Positions 43,887-57,734 of a DNA stretch of 64,000 bases are shown piece by piece; position 1 is the first letter of the stretch, and each line of letters opens with the position of its first letter. The position numbers and the translations under genes were made by a program. Under the pieces are notes generated by a model. That model worked only from the letters and a program-made list of their open reading frames with translations. It did no database searches and was not told the DNA's origin. This DNA is from the human T2T-CHM13v2.0 reference genome, Homo sapiens. The stretch lies in assembly GCF_009914755.1 (NCBI RefSeq), contig NC_060930.1; one strand, written 5' to 3'.

Positions 43887-44400
43887 TGAAATTAGTCTCT
43901 ATACCACTTACAATGATTATTATTTTCTTCACCTCTTATTCTCTTGTTCTCGCTGAGCACAGGCAGGTTTTTCTAATCAAGCATGGCAAACAGGCATAGG
44001 CTATCTGAACTAATCTCCACTCAACCACTTTATTGCAATGGGACCTTTCACAGGTGTTTGAACTTCTCTGAACCTTAGTTTCCTCTTTTTTGTAAAGACT
44101 AGATAACACCTATTCGTTCTACCTGATAAATTGGCAAGGAAATAAGGTAACAGATAAAATGTTAAGCTCAAACTGGAACTGGGCACTTAATTGCTGAGGA
44201 AAAGTGTCAACAAGAATCTCTGGTAATGGCAATGGTGTTGAGGCTATAAAAGCCAAGGTCCAACCTTCTCCATAAACTGAGCCTTCCCTGGTACCTTGTG
44301 GTCTGAGTGTCTAGTGCATGGAGGGAAACACAGTGCAGAGTTCCAACAAACTGTTTTGACACAGTAATATATGGATGCTAAATTATGTACTACAGATGAG

Positions 44401-44555
44401 TGTGTGTGTGTGTGTGTGTGTGTAAGATGAATGTATATGTAGGCATATATGCATGTGGGTATGTGTACATGTAGATGTTTGCATGTGTCTGCATGTGTCT
44501 TGGGGTGCTTATGTGTGGTCTATGTGTTTGTGTGTGTGTGTATATATATATATGC
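44401..44555. repeat. (TG)n and degenerate TG/TA low-complexity tract
   Basis: Direct reading. Confidence 0.85.
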
Positions 44556-45219
44556 ATACATTTGATTAGGTAGAGGCCTGGACAGAAGGCTACTTTCTGG
44601 CAACAAGTATCTGGGTCTAAAGAATAGCAACAAAAATGAGAAAGAAGAAAAAACCAAAGAATATTAACTTTTGTTTAAGTCTACCACTCAGTTCCCAGTA
44701 CTGAGAAAATAGCCTGAAAAACTGAGACACTATGACTGGTCTCTATCTGAAAATGTGTTATCTCTTTTGAGAATCCCATTGAATTCTCATTATTTCTTTT
44801 CCCTGAGCTCTTAATCTAATAAGTGACCTTTCTCCTATTTGTCCCTAAGATACCATGCCAGAAGTTTTTAATGTTTTGCAAATTCACACCATCTCTTGTG
44901 AATTCTTGTGAATAAAGGCCCAAGTACTAGTTCCACAAATGTCAGTGGAATCAGAGAAAACTTGTACTAGAAACTTTTGACTAGAACTGGTTCACAATTT
45001 GACTCAGTCTTGCATAGTACATGCTGATTACTCAGTATGTGCCTGAGGCAGACTAGGATTTGCAGATAGCCTAGGTTTGTCTGTGTTTCATTTAGTCTCT
45101 AATTGTAAGCAGCTACCTCAGAAGTAAAGGACAGGCTGGTAATGATCCCAGATGCACTATGCCACCTTCTTCAGCACAAGGTCTTTTCTACTCACTGTTA
45201 ATTTACATCAAATCTAAAC

Positions 45220-45311
45220 TAGCTACTCAGGAGGCTAAGGCAGGAGGATCGCTAGAGCCCAGGAGTCCAAGGCCAGCCTGGGCAGCATATTGAGACCTTC
45301 TCTTAAAAAAA
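45220..45311 (+). mobile_element. FLAM-type Alu monomer, 5' truncated
   Basis: ggaggatcgctagagcccaggagtccaaggccagcctgggc plus A-tail. Confidence 0.75.
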
Positions 45312-46638
45312 GTTTAAAAATCTGAACTGACTATATTATCAAAGGGCTTCCACCCAGTCTCCTTGAGTAATAAAACTTATTTGTTGGTGCAATATTTACA
45401 ATGGCAACAACATCCTTGGACTGAGAGTAAATGGATTTCTACCTATGCAAAATCAGCTTCGCCCATCTGTCTGTATATTACAATGACCTCAAATGACCTC
45501 CTGAGAAGACTTCTGGCCCACCTGTGGATACGTCCATCTGGTGGCTCTGTGCTCACAAGAAGTATTGATCCAACCCCAGCTGGGTCTGTGTCTAGTTAGT
45601 AACAACAAGCAGCAATACTCCAGGTAGTTGCTGGAAAATAGAACCTCAAACTCTTTGCTGCTTAATACCTTTCAAAAGCTCAGCTAAGAACAACAGTGAT
45701 GGGGGATTTCCAGAATGGTATGTGGTCATCGTTCCTTTGGATATTCTAAATTTCTCCCCAGCCTAACCAGACCATCTGTAGAACAACTCAGACTGGCCCC
45801 CGTAGAAATGTTTTCTCTGATTAGGTGATGTAATTGGCCTCCATTGAGGGATATGACAAAAAACTGCCCTCTAAAACCCATCACTGTGTTTATGATAAAG
45901 TCATGTTACATACCGTCCTCTCTAAAGGGTCCATGAAAAAAGCTTCTCTCTGGTCTTGGTATCAAGAATAGTTCTGCTTTTCTTGGGTAACTGGTCTCTT
46001 TTTACCTATGGGTGTTGTAACTGGTAATATTTCACATTTTGCATGGTCTGACAACGAGCTCACAATCAAATCTTAGCCTGCTTCTTCTATTGAAATAAAA
46101 CTTGCTGGCATGCATTTTGAGGACTAACCTCACCTCTGGCTATATCCACATCTTGTTTTGCCTTTGTCTCTTTTTTTAGTTTGCTAATTTTTAATTTATT
46201 CTATTTTCCTGTGTCGCATACATTTTGTTAGACTACTTTTAAACTCGCTTGAAACAAGTTGAAATATAAATACATTAGAAAAATGAGAAGTAACAGTGAA
46301 GCACTGTTAGTGGACCAAACATAATACATGAAACTGCTCAGAATTCTAATTGTAGGTTTCTCATTTAACATACTACTCAATGGTCAGAAACAATATTTAG
46401 ATCTATAACCAACAAGCTTAATGTTAAAGCCTACAGAATAAAAACATGCAGACACAATAAGTAATGAGGGAAATTCAGAGATCAAGTTATAAAAGTTAAT
46501 ATATTTTAAAATCCATTGTCAGCCTCTCAACTCTTCAACCTTTTCTGGGAGTCAGCTACAAAAAATATTAATGTTTCCTACAACTTCTACTTGATAACAA
46601 CATTTCACTGCTCTTCAAAAGCACAACACTCCGAATCA

Positions 46639-46755
<117 letters not shown>

Positions 46756-47417
46756 TCAAAGGCCAGATCCTTTGATAATAAATACTAAAGAATACCATTT
46801 GTCCATACAGGGGAGCTACCTTATAAACACCAAATATAGTCACATGTTACAAAAACAAAAAGATTAAACATTTGATAGTAAGCCAAAAAAAAGTTTTTCC
46901 TCCAACATAGCATATAAATATCAAAAAATCTCCTCTTTCCATGATACAAACTAAAACTTTAAAAATTTTTGGTGGGGAAAATTTGAGGTCTTCCAGATGA
47001 AGCCCTTATGCAATGCAATGGCTAACATTTTCCTCCTGGCTGGGCAAAACACACAGCACACTGCCGTCATTGTCAATAAAGATGATATTTGTTCATTCAG
47101 ATCACTCAGAGGAGTACTGTGAATGGCATTCATTTTGCCACAAAAAATGTGTCCAAGAGGCTCCATACGGTTCACCTTTGAAGTTCAAAATTACCGTCGC
47201 AGGTAAATTTCTTATTAGCCTCCTCTTGCCAGCATGCAATTACCTGAGTACTGCAGCAAGAGAGGAACTGAAATAAACCTAGAACTTTTCAACAGAGGTC
47301 TCAAAATCCAGGAAGCTGTGTCCACCCTTGACTTCTAGTTGCTCTGCCCATATGTCCTAGTGATAATGGAAAACTGCAATGTCTATTAAGTCTGAGCTTC
47401 TTTGGATGAATAACTCT

Positions 47418-47710
<293 letters not shown>

Positions 47711-47899
47711 TGGATGAATAACTCTAAAATAAGAAAATGACTGCATTGAGAACAGCTTCTCTGAAGCTATCAGAGGGCCTCTAAAGTAGAAATATGGGTG
47801 GGCCCCACACCTAACTGGCAGCTTTCAACATGAAAGCCCAGTAGCGTGAATGTTAAAGGATTGGAGAAAAAATCAGAATAATGCAATAAGAAAAGAAAA

Positions 47900-48023
47900 G
47901 CACACCTGCATGGCACATGTATACATATGCAACTAACCTACACATTGTGCACATGTACCCTAAAACTTAAAGTATAATAATAATAAAATAAAATAAAAAA
48001 TAAAAAATAAAAAAAGAAAAAAA
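47900..48023 (+). mobile_element. Very short young L1PA (approx. PA2-4) 3' end
   Basis: catggcacatgtatacatatg...acatgtaccctaaaacttaaagtataataa plus A-rich tail. Confidence 0.85.
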
Positions 48024-48111
48024 GGAGAGAAAGAAAACACAAAAGCAGAAAGAAAACACATCTGCTTTGCCTATTTATTTCTATAATAAGATAATGATGA
48101 CCAAACTGTAC

Positions 48112-48233
48112 CTCTCTTTAATGAGCTGGTAAAGATTTTCCTTCATGTACTCGAAGATAAAATAAAGATGATCATTTTCCCTGATAACTTCTTTTAATTT
48201 GACTACATTGGCATGGTTGAGCTTCTTTAAAGA
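48112..48233 (-). CDS. CILK1: CILK1 coding exon 3/13 ([41 protein letters not shown])
   Basis: 122 nt, AG/GTACAG; kinase hinge FEYM. Confidence 0.96.
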
Positions 48234-51200
48234 CTAAAAGGCAAGGAATAAACACAAAACAAAACAAATATTAGAGAAAATCTGTTGTTGAAAAAGAAAA
48301 GTAATCCTATGTATACTTGGAAAGAAACAACTAATTTTAGAACCTCAGAAATGTGCTAAATTATATTTTATTGACAGTTTAATAGTATACCTCTGAAATT
48401 TATAATAACTTTACATAGAAAAACTACTTCAATGAACTGAGTAGAAGGTATGTATTCGACCAGTAACTGGTATTTCTGGCTGCCCCCAGCACCAGGCAAT
48501 GTACCAAGGCTATTTTGGGCCCACCCCCTCCAGATGATGGAATTCAGGCTGTGGAAGAAGCCAGAGGGGAATCAATAAAAGAAGCTTAGATTTTTCTAGC
48601 ACTGGAGAATTTGCAGCTGCAGTGGGCTGAGATCACCAGCTAACAGTTTGCAGACACTCTGAATAGGAAATTGTTCAAAACGACGAAGGGTTGATGGCCT
48701 GCTTCTCTTGACTTTTGTCTGACTCATGTATGTCCATGAGGCATAGAGCACTCCTTCTTACAATGTGAGTTTGAGTTACAGAGGACCAGAAGGAGACGGA
48801 AGGACCCTGAAGTAAGACAAGAGAAATCCCTCTGTTTCCAAGAACAACGAAGGCAAAAAGTCAGGCAGTGGATGAGGAATGAGAGGGTGGCTCAGAAAAT
48901 GGTGCGTGGCCTTATATGTGTGAAGATTACTCATCTTCACACATATGTACCTTTCCTCTTCCTGGAACATGTGCGTACATGTGAGTATAGCCATGTGCAC
49001 ACTGTTTTCTGTTTGTATTGCTAGTTCTGTTGATAGTGAACAAATCAATTTTGTATTAGTAAGCAGCATCCCTCTTCTTGTACAGCAGACATACCTAAAA
49101 CTGTTGGTTTGGATAATCAGAATCTGATAGACTGTCTCCTTCATGAAAGCCTCCAAGTGTCACTTTGGCCAGTGAGATGAATCCTTTAATTAAAATAGCC
49201 CTTTCCTCATACATAGAGAAGAGAGTCCAATATTAAGTTATCTTTGAATTTCACTAAAAAGAACATCCTTTTTATAAAACAAAGAAAACATGTGAAGAGG
49301 AAAGTGTTAAAACAAATATCCTCATCTAGAAGAAAACTCAGTGATAAAGTACCCAGGGTTCAAAGCTTGGGAATGTGTAATATAATCAGTTACTTCAAGC
49401 AGCTGGCGAGAGAGAGGAAATATGGTCAGCAAAAGAGAACAAAATAAGACTCTCTGGAGCTTCCTCCCCAGAAGAATAGTTCCTGCCAACATACTTCTCT
49501 GGCAGGGAATCCTCAGCTGTTTTGGCCAATTGTTTTGCTAGATCCTTCTAGTATGGACCAAAGGGGCTGATTACTTCTTTCGGTCGGGTTGGATTCCTGG
49601 TTCTCCATGAGTAACAAATATAAACATTGCTTAACTTGTAAGTATTCACTAAACTCTCAGTGATCACAGCTATCTTTTATGCCTGTTTGCTTAAAACGCA
49701 TCACAAGCAATGGCTGAGGTAGCTAGTGGATGAGCAGCCTTGGGGAAAATTCATTCAGCAGAAAATGAAGTGGTTTTAAAGCTTTCCTGGGAGAGAATTC
49801 TAGGCAAGGAGTGGGGTGCCTCCAGCTCTTAGCCTGAAGTGTGTTTGGAGCCATGAATTACTGGCCAACTCTATGGCAGCTCACAGCTTTTGTTTCTAGG
49901 TGAGTCTCATGAACAAGAAAGTCCCTAGTAGTTTAATATAAAAAGAATTAATTTTGTGTGGGGGACGTCAAGTGACTGGCTTTATGAAGATGTATTTCCA
50001 GAAAGAGGCATCTTATTTTGGCTCAGGAAAGGATTCCAAAGCAGAGATAGAGGCAGGTCAGTTGTGTCAGAGTGGAGAAGCAGAAGTAGCAAATTAAGCC
50101 CAATCAACAGTCCAAATGTGGACTGTTTATCCTCATGGATGAAGCTTTCAGTTGGATATTACCAATGTTGTCCACATCAGGGACTGAGAAACACTTTCTA
50201 ACTATTAAAACAACAATGTACTGGGCCCCCAGGGTATCCTGGGGCTTAAGATGCAGTGCTTGCTCTTAAGAGGCAAACAACCTAATTGGAAAGTCAGGAC
50301 ATGGATACAAAATACATCTAATAAAATAAAGAAGATCATACTAAGTGTCAAGGGAATGACAGAAACAAGGACCATCAGAGATGTGTCAAGGAGTAATCAG
50401 CAAACCCTGAGTGGTCAGTGGGAGCATCACCAAGATGTGACTTGAAGGAAGAGTGACACCTGGATGAGCTTGCTGGGAGGGAGCGGGCATGTCAGGAGGG
50501 AAGCCCGCTGCAGGTAAGGCATGGAAACTGAGTGGAGGACTCTGTGTCTGGGGGACGAAGGATGAGAATCAACCTAGTTTGGTTCTGAGGGAGACTCATC
50601 TGTAAGACTTTGGCTGGAGAAGTGGGCAGGGCGCAAACCATTTGGATGCCACGTATATACCTGCTGAGTTCTTCTGGTGAATCTGCTGCCTTAAGTAGAG
50701 TTGCAGAGGGAGATGCCTGACTTGATGAGGTTGAAAAGTAAATGGCGTGTGGGAAAGCTGCACTGAAGAAAGAAGTTTGGAAGGTAATGTAAGAAAAGGA
50801 AAGAGGTAGAAACTCAAGGGGAGAAGGGCTTGGGACTTTTTTGGGTTAGAGAGAATGGTGGGCACATTTATAGACTAAAAAGAATGAGCAGGTGGAAAAA
50901 AAAAGAGTTTAATGATATGGGAAGGAGGGGGAAATTGTTGCAGCAAGAACCTACAGATATAAAAAATTAAGATGGTTAAAAAAAACCAAAACAGCAAAGG
51001 AACACGGTAGGCAGAATATAGGCAGCCTATGGTTTCAAGATGGTGTCTAGAACAGCATAGTGCCATGTAAGACTATGCTTCTAAGAAAAATAGCACCAGG
51101 TGCCATTCCCCGCATGACATCATGGGAGCAGGGATTCCCCTCCCTGCCATGGCCGTGAGGTGCAGAATATCCCTGAAGTCCACAGGGTCTTCATGGGCAG

Positions 51201-51400
51201 ACATGCAAATGTACAGGCAGGCAGCAATGAGGAGAAAGGAAGAAGGAACAGTGGCGTGGTGAGTACCCAGGATTTCCCTTCAGTTCCCTTTGCTGCTGGA
51301 ATGAAGCAGCTGGCAGGACATGAGAAACGACAGTGATAAGAGGCCTTCAGTGACCTTCCTTTCCCTTCCCCTTCTGAGTCAGCAGGCACAAAAGAAGGAC

Positions 51401-51549
51401 CTCATCAAGGAGGAAGGGATGAGGAATCTTGTAAGGTGCGCCTCCTTTCTACCTGCTTCTGCCTTCCCTCCCCTCTGTGTTCAGGGTTAGGCTGTGGCCC
51501 AGTGCTGCTAAGTCTGTGTGAGGCCCAACAAGCGCGTGGGTGTGGGGGT
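51401..51549 (+). repeat. 149-bp local direct duplication, copy A
   Basis: About 94% identical to 52981-53127. Confidence 0.93.
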
Positions 51550-51915
51550 GGGGAGGATCCCAGTTGGCAGCCGATGTGGCATCTGTGCAGGCAAGGAAAG
51601 AGTGGGAGTTGTCTGGTGGTCATCAGCTAGAGGAGCAGTTTCTTCAACTATCTTGCCGAGGCAGTCACTTGCTTCCTAAGACACTATGTGCCCATAGTTT
51701 TTCTAAACTGTATATATGAGTAATCTCTTTTGCATTAGAACTAATACACAATTAGCTGTCTGGAAAAATAAAGGTTTAACATCCAAGCCATGGATACCTC
51801 TCAGAACTTCATGTCACAGAGAAAATGTCCTTGGATTATCTTTGTTTTTTATCTCTGATGTTTGTTTTTTTATATCTGATGTTTTCGGATCATCTCAAAC
51901 TTTTATTTTCTAGAA

Positions 51916-52617
<702 letters not shown>

Positions 52618-52838
52618 CTTTAGACTTGTAACCTCACTTCCATGTACAGGACCCCTTTGGAGAAAAAGAAAGGGTGTTTTTCAGTATTCTATTAGGTGTT
52701 TCAAACAGGGCTGGGTGAGAGGACTAAAATTAGATGAAGCACCACTCCACTGCACAAGGAAGAGAATTATGCATGTAAAACTCAATGTGATCAATCTACT
52801 CTGACAGAGAGAAAAATTGCAACAAAATCAATAGAAGA

Positions 52839-52907
52839 AGGGGCAGGGGGAAAGGAGGAGAATAATGAATCCCAGGGGCAGGGGGAAAGGAGGAGAATAA
52901 TGAATCC
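52839..52907. repeat. 35-bp tandem duplication
   Basis: aggggcagggggaaaggaggagaataatgaatcc(c) twice. Confidence 0.93.
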
Positions 52908-52980
52908 AGTCAGAAGGCTGAATAAAAGTAAAGATCGGTGCTCCACAATGCTTGACATGGCACAAAACATGTGCCATGTC

Positions 52981-53127
52981 CTCAGCAAGGAGGAACGGAT
53001 GAGGAATCTTGTAAGGTGCCTCCTTTCTACCCGCTTCTGCCTTCCCTCCCCTCTGTGTTCAGGGTTAGGCTGTGGCCCAGTGCTGGTAAGTCTGTGTGAG
53101 GCTCAACAAGCGCAAGGGTGTGGGGGT
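52981..53127 (+). repeat. Local direct duplication, copy B
   Basis: 7 substitutions and one 2-nt indel versus copy A. Confidence 0.93.
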
Positions 53128-53522
53128 CAATGAATTTCCTCACAGAAAGTGGAGTGCAAATTATTAGAGCAAGAAACTGAAGTAAGTACTGCTATTATGT
53201 CTAGGAAAAACACTCAACAAGTGATTTTCCTTTACGTTAATAATTAAGAAAATAGGCAATAATAATTCACTAAATCAACACATTCAACTTCTTTATATTG
53301 AAATATATTGATATAAGTGATCCATTAAAGATGAAAGCTTTCTAATAACAGTATATACAATTATACCATAATCTTCTGCTTCAGCTGTAATGTTATCATT
53401 TGCCTCCCTTTCCAGCATTAGTGAAAAAATTCAAATGAAATGACTATATCAACTATAAATCTAAGCATGTACAAAGCTATTTTAATCATCCATAAATTAT
53501 TCCTTGGTATATTAATATATAC

Positions 53523-53577
53523 CTTAACCTCCCGAAGGTTCATGCATTCCTCCCAGGAATAAAATTTTCTTTTCATT
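53523..53577 (-). CDS. CILK1: CILK1 coding exon 2/13 (MKRKFYSWEECMNLREVK)
   Basis: 55 nt inside ORF 53418..53606; alphaC helix. Confidence 0.96.
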
Positions 53578-53884
53578 CTAGAAGAGAAGAAAGAAACAAA
53601 CAGCACACTTATTCTCAGTAATAGGTTAAACTTTGCTTTTAGAAAAATGCTTCCATTCTGATCCTAATTAACAGTACTTAAAGTGGGTTTAAATTTCTAC
53701 CCAGTATTATACTATCCCAAACCAGCACTTATTTTCAAACAGCAGTGCAATAATCCTAAGTCACAAATTTTGCCAGTAGCAGTGGTGTGGTGCAGTCCAA
53801 AGAGGCCTGGACTGCTGTCTTACTCTATACTAACTAACTAACCTTGCTCTGGAAGGAAATTGCTCAGGCTTATTCTATTTAGAC

Positions 53885-54077
53885 CAGAGCTGTCCAGCAG
53901 AACTTTCTATATTGGTGAAACTGCTCTGTGCTGTCCAGGATGGTAGCCACTAGACACATGTGGCTACCGAGCACTTTGGCATGTGGCTAGCACAATGTGG
54001 GAACTGAATTTTAATTTTAATTAAATTTAAATTTAAATGCCACATATGGTTACTTGCTATCATACTAGACAGCAGAG
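53885..54077 (+). mobile_element. MER3-like hAT MITE
   Basis: cagagctgtccagcagaactttct start; gtagccactagacacatgtggcta core. Confidence 0.75.
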
Positions 54078-54094
54078 TTCTAGACCCTCTAGTG

Positions 54095-54428
54095 CAGGAG
54101 TCAGCAAACTATGACCCATGGGCCAAAACCTCACCACCATCTGTTTCTGTACAGCCCACGAGCTAAGAATGGCATTTACCTTTTTAAATTGGGGGACAAG
54201 TCAAAAGAAGAATAATATTTCACAATGTGAAAATTTTGTGCAATTCAAATTCCAGTTTCTATAAGTGAAATTTTATTGGAACACAACCATACTCATTCAT
54301 TTATATACTGCCTGTGGCTGCTTTCAAACTACAACAGCAGAACTGAGTAGTTGCAAGAGACCATATGGCCTGTGAAGCTTAAAATATTTACAGCCTGGCC
54401 CTTCATAGAGAAAGTTTGCCAACCCCTG
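54095..54428 (+). mobile_element. MER58B-like hAT MITE
   Basis: TIRs caggagtcagcaaact / agtttgccaacccctg. Confidence 0.8.
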
Positions 54429-55738
54429 GTCTAGAGCCTCAATGGAGAAAAGAAAACTCCAGAGTTAATCAGAAATTCAACTTTCAAGGTTATATTTTTC
54501 AGTGCATTTCAATCACATTGTCTCATTTGTCTTATAGCAGTCCTGTGAAACAGATAGGACAGCTGAGGAAACAGAAACAGAGAAGGTACACGACTTTCCC
54601 GAGGTCTTACTGCTGGCCAATAACAAACTTCCCATCTCTCCAGCTCACTCTGTCCTTGTCACACTGTCTCCCGGTAGAGTGATCAAATCCTTTATTCATG
54701 CCCGAAATATTATTTAGCCCCTGCTATGTAGTACAGTAGGTGCCTTGTCAGGCACTGGAGAGACAATGATGAGAAAGACATCCCTCATGAAACTGACATC
54801 ATGGCAGGAAGGTAGAAAATAATTTTCTGTACCAAGTGCTGTGAAGAAAGGAAAAGGGCCTATAAAAGTGAACCTGACGGGAGCAGTGGCTCAGCCAAAT
54901 GATGCAGCAATTTGTAGGTCACATAAACATTTGGGGCTTCATCCTAAAACTGCCAGGAAGACATTGGAAGCTGTCTTGGTTTGGATTCCTCCAAAAGCAG
55001 GGCCTGGGCAAGAACTTGGGTGCAGGTAGTTTATTTGGGAGGTGATTCCAGGAAGCCAGGGCAAGGAGCAGGAGACTGAGAAAAGAGAGGTAGGGAACCC
55101 AATAATGGGTGTATGAGTAAGCCAATAACAGGGTTGGCAACTGGCTCAGGCAGGCTGGGGACCTTTTAAGGAGCTGGACAGAATGCACCTTGGTTGAAAG
55201 TCTCCCACATGCACTTGGGATGGGGTGCTGGCATGGGCATAGAGCTGTGCGCTACAGCTGCACTGACATCAGGTGGGAGCAAGGGATGTGTTCATGGAAC
55301 ACAAAGAACATTTGGTCAAGTAGTTTTAGATGATTGAAGTTGTATGTTTAAAATAATCCCTTTGGTCTGATATGAATAGGGGGAAAAAAGCCAGGAGCCC
55401 TAGTGGCGGAGGACCTCATGGTGGAGGTGGCAAATGGTAATGGGTTGAATGGAGGTTAGCAGTGGGAATATACAGAAGTAGGTGGATGACATAAATATTA
55501 CGTAAAATTGACAGTACTAGATGACTAAAGGTGAGGCATAATGGGGAGGGAAGGCAGGAGGACTCCCAGGTTTTGAGGGTATAGTACCAATTATTGAAAT
55601 AGGAAACACTGAAGAAGAAACAAATTTGGGGTAAGAGAGAATATGCTAAATATGAGTGTAGTTTTGGGCATGGTGAGTGTGAAATGTCTGCAGGGCATTC
55701 AAATATAGATGCTGACAAGTCAACTGGATAGAGATAGT

Positions 55739-56304
55739 TGTGGCAGTCTCCAATGTGGTTCCCAGAGACTCCCACCTCCTGCTACCCAGGGCCTTTTAGA
55801 ACCCCCTCTCCTTCAACGACTTGCTTCTAACCAACAGAATATAGCAATTTGACAAGGATGTCACTTCTGTGATTAATTTACAAAAGCAAGATATGACTTC
55901 CATCTCAGTACAAGTCTCTCATTGCCTTCTTGACTCCCAAGTTTTGATGAAGCAAATTGCCATGTTGTAAGCTGCTTTTTAGATGCCCACATGGCAAGGA
56001 ACTGAGGGCAGCCTCCCACCAACAGCCGGCAGGGAACTGAGGCCCTCAGGCCAACAACCCATAGATCAACTCACAATCACAAAATGAGCTCAGAAGTGGA
56101 TTCTTCCCCAGTCCAATCTTTGGATGAGACCCCAGCTTTGGCCAACACCTTGACTACAGCCTCATGAGAGATACTGAGGCAAAGAACTTAGCTAAGTTGT
56201 GTCCAGACTCCTGACCCAGAGAAACTGTGAGATAATAAATGTGTGTTGTTTTAAACAACTAAGTCTTGGAGTAAATTGTTACACAACAACAGATAACTAA
56301 TACA
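55739..56304 (+). mobile_element. MLT1 (E/F-like) MaLR solo LTR
   Basis: tg...aataca ends; cacatggcaaggaactgagg and gaaactgtgagataataaatgtgtgttg motifs. Confidence 0.75.
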
Positions 56305-56719
56305 ATGTGTCTGGACTCAGGTTGTGAAGGGCAAGGGGGTGCAGAGGGAACAAGACAGCAGTCACCAGACCACCATACGCATGTAGATGGCCCAAATGAA
56401 GTCATCTTATTTCTTAGAGTTTCAGTTTCCTCTCATGTAAAATGATGTTTATTAACCTGCTTGTTACTACCTCACAATAAGAGAAAACACACTTTGATAA
56501 CAAGTACTTTTACTATGTGCAAAGTAGTAAATCTAAAGTGGAAATGTTTTCAGACCTCTAACATGATTGTTACAGAGTCAATAATCATCTAACCCACAGC
56601 AATCATTATCTAAGGTTCTTCTCTAGGCATCCTACCCACTCCCCTTTAGAACTGTTACAAAGACGGGTAATGGTGAGGGTAGAGTTAAAATTATCATGGC
56701 AGTGAAGGATCAAACTTAC

Positions 56720-56820
56720 TTTTTAATAGCGATCAGCTCCCCAGACTCAATGCTTCTTCCCAGCAGGACGGAACCGTAGGTTCCATCCCCGAGCTGCCTG
56801 ATTGTTGTGTATCTATTCAT
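56720..56820 (-). CDS. CILK1: CILK1 coding exon 1/13 ([34 protein letters not shown])
   Basis: accATG at 56820; GxGxxG loop and catalytic Lys (AIK); GTAAGT donor. Confidence 0.97.
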
Positions 56821-56992
56821 GGTGTGCCTGCTCAGGCCGGACACTCATCTCACGGCCGAAGTGGTTCAGTTCTGCAGTGGTAGCAGTCCTCCCCAGAGTG
56901 TAACCAGATTTTTCGATGGCAGCACCAGCACAAGGTATTCAATAGGACGTGACTGTCTCCCAAATACATATTTCCAAAAATCAGTCTTCTGC
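56821..56992 (-). other. CILK1: CILK1 5' UTR part of the first coding exon
   Basis: Polypyrimidine acceptor tttttctctgcag| before 56992. Confidence 0.8.
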
Positions 56993-57176
56993 CTGCAGAG
57001 AAAAATGAGAGACAAGGATAAATGTTAATATACATTTTGAGTATACGTGTTTTTGTAAGTCTAAATCTGTGTTTTATTGGAACACAGTCATACCCACATA
57101 CTTGCATACCATTCATGACTACAACAGCAGAGCTGAATAGTTGTGTGACGCTGTAGAGCCTGCAAAGCCCAAAGTA

Positions 57177-57734
57177 CAGCAGGTTTTGGAATAATGTTGT
57201 TTCATTATAATGTTGATGAGGGACAAAAACTTGATTCCCGGCTGGGGCTGCTGTCCATGTGGAGTTTGCACATTCTCCCTGTGTCTGTGTGGGTTTTCTC
57301 CAGGTGCACACTAGGTGAACTGGCATGTCTACACTGTCTCAGGCTTGAGTGAGTGTAGGGTGGGTGTGTGAATGTGCCCTGCAATTGGTGCCTGTCTAGG
57401 GTTGGTTCCCACTCTGGGCCCTAAGCTGCTGGGATAGGCTCTGACCACCCACGATCGTAAACTGGATTAAGTAGGTAAATAATTACCTTACCTTTTTTTT
57501 TTAATCTTTCTTAAATGTATTTATAGCTCACATCCATTCCAATGTTTAATATTCAAAGTGTTTTAGTCTTTATTTGGAAGTTTGGTGATGTTTTTATGAC
57601 CAGAAATATGCTGTAGGAACTTAACTCTTGTTTATATCAATTAGCCTATGGCAAAATTGGTTTTGTTATATGTTGTTTGGCATAAAGTCACAGTTTCCAA
57701 AGAACCTATTGATAAGTTAAATGAGGACTTAGTG
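57177..57734. mobile_element. MER82-like Tigger element nested in a MER58A-like element (~57045-57775)
   Basis: ta|cagcagg...gaggacttagtg|ta; host MER58 sequence resumes on both sides. Confidence 0.72.

Noticed and set aside
56850-57326. 158-aa minus-strand ORF as a whole
   Set aside because: Its 5' part is intronic MER82/MER58 sequence; only the exonic 39-aa uORF part is credible
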